Positions 7,568 to 15,090 of a DNA stretch of 29,171 nucleotides are shown piece by piece; the first letter of the stretch is position 1; every line of letters starts with the position of its first letter. The notes beneath the pieces are model-generated. The model made no database searches. It was not told the origin of the DNA and was given only the letters and a program-made list of their open reading frames with translations. Made by a program: the position numbers and the translations under genes. The stretch comes from Phycisphaeraceae bacterium (lineage in GTDB: Bacteria; Planctomycetota; Phycisphaerae; Phycisphaerales; SM1A02): assembly GCA_040374395.1 (NCBI GenBank), contig JBEIUL010000001.1, forward strand, positions 1-29,171, given 5' to 3'.

Positions 7568-9042
7568 GCCAACGAGATCCCGCCATCACCCTGCTCGGCG
7601 CCGCCGGCGAGGTCACCGGTTCCTGCACGCTGCTCGACACCGGCGCCGCCCGCGTGGTCGTCGACTTCGGGCTCATCCAGGGCAGCATCCACGACGAGCT
7701 GCGGAACCGCGACGCGCCCGCGATCGACTGGGGCTCGGTCGACGCGGTGGTGCTCACCCACGTGCACGTCGACCACTGCGGCCGGCTCGGGATGCTGCCG
7801 AAGCTCGGCTTCCGCGGGACGATCTGGATGACGCCGCCGTCCGAGCGGCTCATCATCAAGATCCTCCGCGGCTCGGCGAGCCTGCAGCAGACGCGGAAGG
7901 TCGAGTGGCGCGACGGTACCGCCCCGATCGCCCGCGCGATCTTCCCCGGCGACCCCGACCACCTGCCGGAAGAGGACGATCCCGAACCGCCGGTGCTCTT
8001 CGTCAACCGCGACGTGAGCGAGACCGGGCACCTGATCCGCTCGGCGAACTTCGGCGAGCGGCTCGAGATCGCGCCGGGCGTGCGGCTGCGGTTCCATCCC
8101 GCGGGGCACGTCCTCGGCGCCGCGAGCGTCGAGCTCGCCTGCGGGAACGGCGACGGTCGCGACACGGTGGTGGTCTTCTCGGGCGACATCGGACCGCAGC
8201 ACAACGTGCTGCTCGCGCCGCCACGGCCGCCCGAGCGGGCCGACATCGTGGTGCTCGAGAGCACCAACGGCTCGCGCGAGCACGTGACCGGGCCCGACGC
8301 GGAAGAGCAGCTCGAGGCGGCACTCGCCCTCGCCGCGGGCCGCAAGGAACGCGTTCTCGTGCCGACCTTCGCGATCGGACGCGCCCAGCAGCTGGTCTAC
8401 CGCCTGGCCCGTCTCGCCCGCCGCAACGCCCTGCACGGGATGAACGTCTACCTCGACAGCACCATGGCGGTGCGGGCGACCGAGCAGTTCCAGCACTTCC
8501 GCGACGGGCTCGCGCCCGAGGTCCGCGCCGCGTACGACCGCGGCGAGAACCCGATGCACTTCCCGCAGCTGCATTACCTCACGTCGCGCGAGCAGTCGCT
8601 CAAGATCGCCGACCTCAAGGCGGGCGTGATTCTCTGCGGCGCCGGCTTCATGGACGCGGGGCCGATCCTGCACCACCTCGTCCGCGGCATCGAGCGCGAC
8701 AACGTGCGGATCCTGCTCGCCGGCTACCACCCGAAGGGCGGCCTCGGCGACGGCCTGCGGCACGGCGCCCCGCGGATCGAGATCAACGGCGGCATCTACG
8801 ACGTGCGTTGCCAGGTGTCCGAGGTGCAGGGCCTTTCGGGCCACGGCGAGCGAGAGGACCTGGTCGCGTGGGTGCGTTCGATGCGGGAACCGCCGCGCCG
8901 GATCATCCTGAACCACGGCACGGATGCCGCCCGCGAGCGACTCGCCGCCGATCTCGAGACCGCCACCGGCGTTCGTTGCGAGCTGCCATACCCGCCGGGC
9001 GGACGCCCTCCGCACGATCGCGGCGGAAGTGCGGACGAGTAG
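7564..9042 (+). CDS. Metallo-beta-lactamase fold, beta-CASP family RNase (YSH1/TTHA0252-like), 492 aa
   Basis: GTG 7564 overlaps the mutarotase stop. Motifs LLGAAGEVTGSC, VVDFG, THVHVDHCGRL, AGHVLGAA, FSGDIG, LESTNG, PTFAIGRAQ, LSGH and ILNHG. Confidence 0.88.
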   Translation: MSQRDPAITLLGAAGEVTGSCTLLDTGAARVVVDFGLIQGSIHDELRNRDAPAIDWGSVDAVVLTHVHVDHCGRLGMLPKLGFRGTIWMTPPSERLIIKILRGSASLQQTRKVEWRDGTAPIARAIFPGDPDHLPEEDDPEPPVLFVNRDVSETGHLIRSANFGERLEIAPGVRLRFHPAGHVLGAASVELACGNGDGRDTVVVFSGDIGPQHNVLLAPPRPPERADIVVLESTNGSREHVTGPDAEEQLEAALALAAGRKERVLVPTFAIGRAQQLVYRLARLARRNALHGMNVYLDSTMAVRATEQFQHFRDGLAPEVRAAYDRGENPMHFPQLHYLTSREQSLKIADLKAGVILCGAGFMDAGPILHHLVRGIERDNVRILLAGYHPKGGLGDGLRHGAPRIEINGGIYDVRCQVSEVQGLSGHGEREDLVAWVRSMREPPRRIILNHGTDAARERLAADLETATGVRCELPYPPGGRPPHDRGGSADE

Positions 9043-9283
9043 GATCGGGTTACGGGACCGTCACCAGCATGGGGGTCTCGGGGGCCCCTCGCCGAGTGCG
9101 GGTGCCACGCCGAGTTGCCGCGGCGAGTGAACGCCCGCCCGGCTTTGCGGCGCGGTCGCAAGAACACCGGCCTTCACGGCGGTCAAACAAGCCCAAACGC
9201 GGATCAAAGCGTGCGAGCGGCCCGCCGCAGCGTCCCGTAACCACTTCGCCTTCGACGCCTTTCCGGTCTTTTATGTCGAAACT

Positions 9284-9289
9284 TACACT
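9284..9289 (+). promoter_or_regulatory. Putative -10 element (TACACT) upstream of the multicopper oxidase operon
   Basis: TACACT in an AT-richer stretch of a ~400-bp intergenic region, with TTCCGG at 17-bp spacing. Confidence 0.35.
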
Positions 9290-9449
9290 TCGTCGTATCA
9301 GGCGAAAGACCTCTCGGTTAAACCCCTGTCTCGTCCCTTTTCGGCTGAGATCGTCCCTTCATCCGCGGCATGCACCGCCCCCGCCCTCGACCGGTCTCCG
9401 GCCGCGGCGTTGATGGCCGAGCAGGTCCGAGAAGTCAGTCGCCCCGCTC

Positions 9450-11105
9450 ATGAGAAAGATGTCGATGTCGTTGTCGCCCAGCATCTCCCGCCGCCGCTTC
9501 TTCGGCGGGACCGCCCTGACCACCGGGGCCTTCGCAATCCACGCCCACGCCGGCGACAACGGGAACACCGACCCGCCGGCGAGTCCCGACACCACCCCGT
9601 GGCTGCAACGGCTGCCGTTCGCAAAGCACGCGGTTCCCCTGCCCCCGTGGGCGGCGCTCGACCCCCTGCCGATCCCGGCGGCGCACCAGCGCTACGACGA
9701 GTTCGCGCCGGTCAAGTTCTACAACATGAACGTGTGCGAGGGGCTGACCCGGCCGCACCCCCAGCTCGCCTCGAGCGTCGTGACCACCTACCAGGGTTCG
9801 GTACCGGGCGTCACGTTCATGTGCCGCTACGGCGAACCGGTCCTCTGCCGCATCAACAACGTGCTGCCCGACGTGATCCAGGGCTTCGGAAGCAGCGAGA
9901 TCATCACGCACGTCCACAACGGCCACCACGCATCCGAGTCGGACGGCTGGCCCGGCGACTGGTTCGGGCCCGGGACCTTCAAGGATCACCACTGGCCCAA
10001 CATCTACGCCGCCGGCGACTACCGCGAGGGGAAGGGAACCCTCTGGTACCACGACCATCGGATGGACTACACCGCGCAGAACACCTACCGCGGGCTGGCC
10101 GGGTTCTTCCTGCTCTTCGACTTCCTCGACAGCGGTGACGAGAACGACCCGAACCCCGATGCGTTGCGGCTGCCGAGCGGCGTCCCCGACGGCGACCGCA
10201 TCGAACGGTGCTACGACATCCCGCTCGTGATCACCGACCGGCGGTACGACCGGAACGGCTACCTCACGATGGACGTGATGAACATGGACGGCGTGCTCGG
10301 CGACAAGCACCTCGTGAACGGCGCCGTGCAGCCGTTCTTCGAGGTCGAGCGCCGCAAGTACCGCTTCCGCCTGCTCGCCGGCGGTCCTTCAAGGTTCCAG
10401 CAGCTCTTCCTGTCGAACGGGATGACCTTCAAGCACATCGCCAACGACGGCAACCTGCTGCCGCGGCCTCGCGACACCGACTCGGTCTATCTCGGCGTGG
10501 CGGAACGGGCCGACATCGTGGTCGACTTCAGCCAGCTGCCCGCGTCGACCCGCGAGCTGTACCTCGTCAACCGCCTCGACCAGACCGATCCGCGGAAGCC
10601 CGAGGACGAGCTCCTGCCGTGGGAAGAGGCGATCCAGTTGCTGAAGTTCATCGTGAAGCCCGCGACCGGGGTTCCTGACCCCAGCCGCGTGCCCGAGATC
10701 CTCCGCCCGCTTCCCGATATGGACACGCCCGTGGTGCGGACCCGGGAATGGCGTTTCGACCGCTCGAACGGCATGTGGACGGTCAACGGCCGCCTGTTCG
10801 ACCACGACCGCGTCGATGCCGTCTTCCGACGGGGAACCGCCGAGATCTGGCGTATCAGCACCTCGGGCGGATGGGCGCATCCGGTGCACATGCACGTCGA
10901 GGAGCAGCGAGTCCTCACCTACAACCGGGTGCCGGTCACCAGTGGACCGCTGTTCGCCCGCAAGGACGTGTTCACGCTCAAGCCGGGCGACGAGATGGAG
11001 ATCTACGTCCGCTTCCGCGATTGGCTGGGCCGCTATCCGATGCACTGCCACAACACCGTGCACGAGGACCACGCCATGATGGTCCGCTTCGACGTCGTGC
11101 CCTGA
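9450..11105 (+). CDS. Tat-exported three-domain multicopper oxidase (bilirubin oxidase/CotA/McoA-like)
   Basis: Tat signal SRRRFF. All four Cu motifs are present: THVHNGH, WYHDH, HPVHMH and HCHNTVHEDHAM (T1 site with axial Met). Alternative starts are ATG 9459 or 9465. Confidence 0.92.
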   Translation: MRKMSMSLSPSISRRRFFGGTALTTGAFAIHAHAGDNGNTDPPASPDTTPWLQRLPFAKHAVPLPPWAALDPLPIPAAHQRYDEFAPVKFYNMNVCEGLTRPHPQLASSVVTTYQGSVPGVTFMCRYGEPVLCRINNVLPDVIQGFGSSEIITHVHNGHHASESDGWPGDWFGPGTFKDHHWPNIYAAGDYREGKGTLWYHDHRMDYTAQNTYRGLAGFFLLFDFLDSGDENDPNPDALRLPSGVPDGDRIERCYDIPLVITDRRYDRNGYLTMDVMNMDGVLGDKHLVNGAVQPFFEVERRKYRFRLLAGGPSRFQQLFLSNGMTFKHIANDGNLLPRPRDTDSVYLGVAERADIVVDFSQLPASTRELYLVNRLDQTDPRKPEDELLPWEEAIQLLKFIVKPATGVPDPSRVPEILRPLPDMDTPVVRTREWRFDRSNGMWTVNGRLFDHDRVDAVFRRGTAEIWRISTSGGWAHPVHMHVEEQRVLTYNRVPVTSGPLFARKDVFTLKPGDEMEIYVRFRDWLGRYPMHCHNTVHEDHAMMVRFDVVP

Positions 11106-11130
11106 GCGTCCGACGGCGATGCCCCCCCCA

Positions 11131-11178
11131 AGTCCAGACGGCAGTCCAGACGGAAATCCAGATTGAACTCCACCATGA
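11131..11178 (+). repeat. Degenerate 12-bp tandem repeat (4 units)
   Basis: AGTCCAGACGGC / AGTCCAGACGGA / AATCCAGATTGA / ACTCCACCATGA between the MCO and SCO genes. The last unit contains the SCO ATG. Confidence 0.6.
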
Positions 11179-11951
11179 ACGACCCGATTCACGGCCGTCC
11201 CCATCTCGACGCCGCCGCCCGCCTCGATCGGCGCGGCGCACTGCTGCCGCTGCTGTTTGCCGGCGGCGCCGCCCTCCTCGGCGGTTGCGCGACCGCTCGT
11301 CGCCCGGCTGCCGATCCCGCCCCGACCGCGGGCGGCGAGACGGTCTTCTGCCCCGACGGCACCCGCACCTTTCCGAACTACCTCCTTCGCGACCAGGACG
11401 GCCGCGAGGTGCTATTCCACGACGACCTCGTCCGCGGACAGGTCTTCGCCGCAACCTTCGGATACGCCTCGTGCAAGGGCGTCTGCACCCGGATCGCCGA
11501 CAGCATGGGCGGCGCCTCGGAACTGATCGCGCCGATCATGGCGAATCCGGTCCGCTTCTACACCTTCTCGCTTGCCGAGGATTCGCCGACCGAACTCCGG
11601 GCCTCGATGAAGGCCCGCGGCCTCTACGGCCGACCGGGCTGGAGCTACCTGACCGGTCCGGCCGAGACGGTCCGCAGCATCCGCTGGGCGTTCGGCTTCG
11701 CCGATCCGGACGAGGAGGCCGACGCGAGCCTTGCCTTCCACACCGGCATGGCCCGCTTCGGCAACCACCCGATCGACAAGTGGAGCTCGTGCCCCGCGAT
11801 GGGCAACCCGGTCAACATCGCGCGAGTGATCGTGGCGCTCTTCCCGCCCTCGCGACGACCCGCCTTCCCGGCGCTCGATTTCGACGGCGGCAACGGCGCC
11901 CGCCCGATTCCCGGTTTCCGGCAGGTTCCCGCCCTCGTCGCGATGCGCTGA
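11175..11951 (+). CDS. SCO1/SenC family copper chaperone, probable Tat lipoprotein, 258 aa
   Basis: LDRRGALL twin-Arg plus lipobox LGGC. LRDQDGREVLFHDDLVRGQV, CxxxC motif (SCKGVC), EDSPTEL, GWSYLTG and distal His (AFHTG). ATG 11175 preferred over TTG 11163. Confidence 0.85.
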   Translation: MNDPIHGRPHLDAAARLDRRGALLPLLFAGGAALLGGCATARRPAADPAPTAGGETVFCPDGTRTFPNYLLRDQDGREVLFHDDLVRGQVFAATFGYASCKGVCTRIADSMGGASELIAPIMANPVRFYTFSLAEDSPTELRASMKARGLYGRPGWSYLTGPAETVRSIRWAFGFADPDEEADASLAFHTGMARFGNHPIDKWSSCPAMGNPVNIARVIVALFPPSRRPAFPALDFDGGNGARPIPGFRQVPALVAMR

Positions 11952-11978
11952 ACGCGAAGACACTCCTGAAGCTTTCTC

Positions 11979-12638
11979 ATGAAGACCACGACCTCCATCG
12001 TCGCCAGCCTCGCCCTCGCGACCGCCGCCCGTGCCGACGTGACCATCGAACTCTCCGCATTCCGCGCCGAACGGCTCGACTTCGTCCAGATGATCGCCCC
12101 GGGCGAACTCGTCGGGAACCTCGTCGCCATCAGCGTCGATGCCACCCTCGCGAACGCGAAGCAGCGGACCCAGGCGAAGGACCTGTGCGTCTACCTCGAC
12201 GCGCCGCCGCTCTCGACCGACGGCGTGCTGCAGATCGGCGGCGGATCGCCGATGATCAACGCGTGGAATCCGCCGATCACCGATGACGGGCATCCGCAGT
12301 GGGGCTCGGGCGCGTCGGGCCTCGACGGCACGATCGTGACCGGTCGCGTGGACCTCCGGAAGCCGATTCCCATGACCGATTCGCCGCTGGCGGTCTTCGT
12401 GGGCAATGGCTACGGCTCGCCGTGGTCCGAGGGAACCTGGACGGGCACGATCACCCTGCACGGCGTGGGCGTGCCCGGGAAGAACCCGTCCCCGGACCTG
12501 AACGGCGACGGCTCGGTCAACGGCATCGACATCGCGATGGTGCTTGCCGGCTGGGGAAGCGATTCGCCCGACATCGACGGGGACGGCACGGTGAACGGCA
12601 TCGACCTCGCCATCCTGCTCGCGGCATGGACCGGATGA
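11979..12638 (+). CDS. Secreted protein with C-terminal dockerin-like duplicated Ca-binding repeat, 219 aa
   Basis: Signal peptide MKTTTSIVASLALATAARA. C-terminus PDLNGDGSVNGIDIAMVLAGWG / PDIDGDGTVNGIDLAILLAAW. The N-terminal domain is not recognised. Confidence 0.8.
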   Translation: MKTTTSIVASLALATAARADVTIELSAFRAERLDFVQMIAPGELVGNLVAISVDATLANAKQRTQAKDLCVYLDAPPLSTDGVLQIGGGSPMINAWNPPITDDGHPQWGSGASGLDGTIVTGRVDLRKPIPMTDSPLAVFVGNGYGSPWSEGTWTGTITLHGVGVPGKNPSPDLNGDGSVNGIDIAMVLAGWGSDSPDIDGDGTVNGIDLAILLAAWTG

Positions 12639-13915
12639 GCAAGCGGGCGGTGGTCGCGACGCTCGTCGCGGTCGTGGCCTGCGGATGCAGCCGCGAACAA
12701 CGCATCACCTGCCGGTTCGAACGGGAGGGACCGCCTGATCCCGTCGCCGAGTCGGCGTGGCTCGGGGCCGAACTGGTCCGCGAGATGCCGCAACCGGAGT
12801 GGGTCGGGGAGCGTCGCGCCGATTGGTGCCGGGCGGACAGCCTGCTTGACTACCCCGAGGCGGCGTGGCCCGAGGAGCTCCGGGCCCAGGAGCGGCGCTG
12901 GAGTTCCACACGCCTCGACCTGGTGCCGGCCTCGCGGGACGTGACCCGCGACGGGATCGTCCTCGGCCTTGCCCAGCCCGAGCGCGGCGACCGCGAACGG
13001 GTGGCCCCCGACGGTTTCGAGGCGGGCGAACCGCCGCCCTTGCTCATCGTCGGCGCGAGCGATCCGACCCTGACCGAGACCTTCGCCCCCAACGCGTTCA
13101 TGGTCTGCGCGAGCGACGATGCGCTCGCCGTCGCGGCCGCGGATTTCATGTTCGACTCGTGGGGCCGCCGGGCGCTCGTGGTCGTCGACCGCCGGGATGC
13201 CCGCATGCGTCGCCTCGAAGGCCTGATGCGGACGGCGTTCCGCACGCTGGGCGGCGAGGTCTCGGCGAGCGTGGAGGCGAACGACGGGCGGCTCGCGGGA
13301 GTCCTTGCGGACGCGGCCCGCGGCGACGAACGGATCGACGCGATCTACCTCGCGGTCGGGCCCGACCTCGTCGGGACCCTGCTGCCGCGGATCCGGGCCG
13401 CGTTTCCCGACACCCCGCTGATGGCCAGCGACGCACTCGATCACCCGTCCGTCGACGCGACGGTGGAAAGTGCGGGCGGACGGCTGCACCTGACCGCCCA
13501 CGCCTGGCTCGGTGACGACGCCACGATCGAGGCGAGTCGGTTCGCGTCGTACTACCGGTTGACCTACGGTCGCGAGCCGACCGTGGCGGCCGCGCTGGCG
13601 TACGACGCGGCGTGCCTCGCGATGTTCGCCGTCGTGAAGTCGAGGCGCGACGATCCCGACGCCCCGCCGACCGGGGCCGAGCTCGCCCGCACCATCGCGT
13701 CGATCGTGAACTTCAGCGGCGCGACGGGCCGCATCTCGTACCGCCACGGTCCCCGACCGACCCGCGACGTCTGGATCGTCCGCCTCGCCGAGGGACGACG
13801 GGCTCTCGCCGGTTCGGTCATGGCCGATCCGCGGGTGTCGCACGGTCGCGTCGCGGAGACGTCCGAAGGGACGGAGATCGATTCCCGCGAGGACGATCTC
13901 GGCGCGGGCCAGTAG
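12635..13915 (+). CDS. Lipoprotein with periplasmic binding protein type 1 fold (LivJ/branched-chain amino acid SBP-like), 426 aa
   Basis: ATG 12635 overlaps the upstream stop. Lipobox-like VACGC. SBP-like segments DDALAVAAADF, DAIYLAV, YYRLTYGREP, ALAYDAA and FSGATGRISY. The N-terminal ~130 aa are atypical. Confidence 0.68.
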   Translation: MSKRAVVATLVAVVACGCSREQRITCRFEREGPPDPVAESAWLGAELVREMPQPEWVGERRADWCRADSLLDYPEAAWPEELRAQERRWSSTRLDLVPASRDVTRDGIVLGLAQPERGDRERVAPDGFEAGEPPPLLIVGASDPTLTETFAPNAFMVCASDDALAVAAADFMFDSWGRRALVVVDRRDARMRRLEGLMRTAFRTLGGEVSASVEANDGRLAGVLADAARGDERIDAIYLAVGPDLVGTLLPRIRAAFPDTPLMASDALDHPSVDATVESAGGRLHLTAHAWLGDDATIEASRFASYYRLTYGREPTVAAALAYDAACLAMFAVVKSRRDDPDAPPTGAELARTIASIVNFSGATGRISYRHGPRPTRDVWIVRLAEGRRALAGSVMADPRVSHGRVAETSEGTEIDSREDDLGAGQ

Positions 13916-13950
13916 GCGCTCCGCGCGGCATCACGGCGCGAAACGGCACG

Positions 13951-14682
13951 TCACGCGGGCTTCACCGCCGCGTACCGCCGCGCGACCTCGCCCCAGTTCA
14001 CCGCCCCCATCACCGCGGCGACGTAGTCCGCCCGCAGGTTCTGGTACTTCAGGTAGTACGCGTGCTCCCACACGTCGATGCCGAGGATCGGCGTGCCCGG
14101 CACGTCGACCCACTTCGCGCCCATGAGCGGCGAGTCCTGGTTCGGCGTGCTCGTGATCGCGAGCTTGCCGTCCGGCTTCACGACGATCCACGCCCAGCCC
14201 GACCCGAAGCGGGCGAGGCACGCGGCGGCCAGGTCCTTCCTCATCTTCTCGACGCCGCCGAGATCGGCATCGATCGCGGCCAGGAGGTCGCCCGCGGGTT
14301 CGCCGCCGGCGCCGGGGGTCGTCAGGATCGACCAGAACAGCAGGTGGTTGGCGTGCCCGCCGCCGTTGTTCCGCACCGCCGTCCGCTTCGCCTCGGGAAT
14401 CGCGTCGAGGTCGGCGATGAGCGTCTCGACGTGCGTCGGGGCCTTCAGGTCCTTCATCGCCGCGTTCAGGTTCTTCACGTACGCCGCATGGTGCTTGTCG
14501 TGGTGGATCGACATCGTGCGGGCGTCGATCGCCGGCTCGATCGCGTTCTCGGGGTAGGGCAGCGGCGGCAACGTGTACGGACCGTCGGCGGCGGCTTGGG
14601 CGACCGCGGCGGCGATGGCCGGTGCGGCCGCGGCGGCGACCACGGCGGAAACGAGGAAATCGCGGCGGGGAAGGTCGTTCAT
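13951..14682 (-). CDS. sodA: Superoxide dismutase, Fe/Mn family (Mn-type signatures), with Tat signal, 243 aa
   Basis: [10 protein letters not shown] Tat signal, [46 protein letters not shown] and [19 protein letters not shown] 8 nt upstream of ATG 14682. Confidence 0.93.
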   Translation of the reverse strand: MNDLPRRDFLVSAVVAAAAAPAIAAAVAQAAADGPYTLPPLPYPENAIEPAIDARTMSIHHDKHHAAYVKNLNAAMKDLKAPTHVETLIADLDAIPEAKRTAVRNNGGGHANHLLFWSILTTPGAGGEPAGDLLAAIDADLGGVEKMRKDLAAACLARFGSGWAWIVVKPDGKLAITSTPNQDSPLMGAKWVDVPGTPILGIDVWEHAYYLKYQNLRADYVAAVMGAVNWGEVARRYAAVKPA

Positions 14683-14719
14683 GGCGATCGCTCCGGTGTC
14701 AAGAAATTGGCGGGGCGGG

Positions 14720-14725
14720 AGTCTA
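14720..14725 (-). promoter_or_regulatory. Putative -10 element (TAGACT) for sodA
   Basis: TAGACT on the minus strand 37 nt upstream of the sodA ATG. The same hexamer precedes two other genes in the window. Confidence 0.4.
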
Positions 14726-14886
14726 CGCCGCGTTCGCGGTGGGAACTTCCCCCATCGCATCAATCGGCAAGAACCGCGCCACGGGCGACGGCGTATCGAT
14801 CGCAGCCTTTCCAGGGGCCCGTTTCCCTCGTGTCCGACGTCGGTTGCCGATCCCGGCGTCCGGACCGGGGGGAACGGATCTCGGTC

Positions 14887-14965
14887 GCGGCCCCGCACCT
14901 TCCGGGCGGGGATCCGCGAGGCAAGGGCTTTGCGTCCCGTCGGTAGCGTCGGCAAGGGTTTTCTC
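14887..14965 (-). ncRNA. Possible structured RNA with partial similarity to c-di-GMP-I (GEMM) riboswitches; unconfirmed
   Basis: Minus strand AAACC-N18-GGGACGCAAAGCC followed by a GC hairpin ending GGUGCGGGG. The canonical GC before AAACC, the GNRA loop and the CUAA receptor are missing. Confidence 0.18.
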
Positions 14966-15034
14966 TCTCCTCCCCTCACGCGTCCGCCTGACTCCCGGAC
15001 GACGCCGGCCTCACGGTCCGGCGGGACCGAACGA

Positions 15035-15071
15035 ACGACCGCCCGGCTCGAACCGGGCGGTCGTCGTTTTT
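15035..15071. terminator. Intrinsic terminator-like hairpin, possibly bidirectional
   Basis: Perfect 12-bp stem ACGACCGCCCGG / CCGGGCGGTCGT with a 6-nt loop. T5 tail on the + strand and a weak TCGTTCG tail on the - strand, 26 nt after the stop of the 15091..15543 gene. Confidence 0.65.
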
Positions 15072-15090
15072 CGGTCGTGATTCCCGCGGC

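Noticed and set aside
7564-9042. MBL-fold gene as an antibiotic-resistance beta-lactamase or anti-phage nuclease
   Set aside because: No signal peptide, clear beta-CASP RNase-type motifs, host-like codon usage and no defence-island neighbours.
9048-9242. 195-bp segment as 6S RNA or a MITE
   Set aside because: Beyond the 11-bp terminal inverted repeat the arms do not pair into a long rod, and no target-site duplication is visible. It is kept only as a low-level finding.
14742-14748. GGAACTT as an ECF sigma -35 element
   Set aside because: No recognisable ECF -10 (GTCnAA, TCTnA or CGTT) at the expected spacing and no + strand gene downstream.
14683-14979. 99-codon N-terminal extension of SOD (ORF start 14979)
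   Set aside because: A Tat signal must be N-terminal, ATG 14682 has a good SD, and the extension has non-coding-like composition.
14683-15090. yybP-ykoY (Mn2+) riboswitch or Fur/PerR box upstream of the SOD
   Set aside because: I could not find the characteristic consensus elements by eye. An Rfam or motif scan would be needed to exclude them fully.
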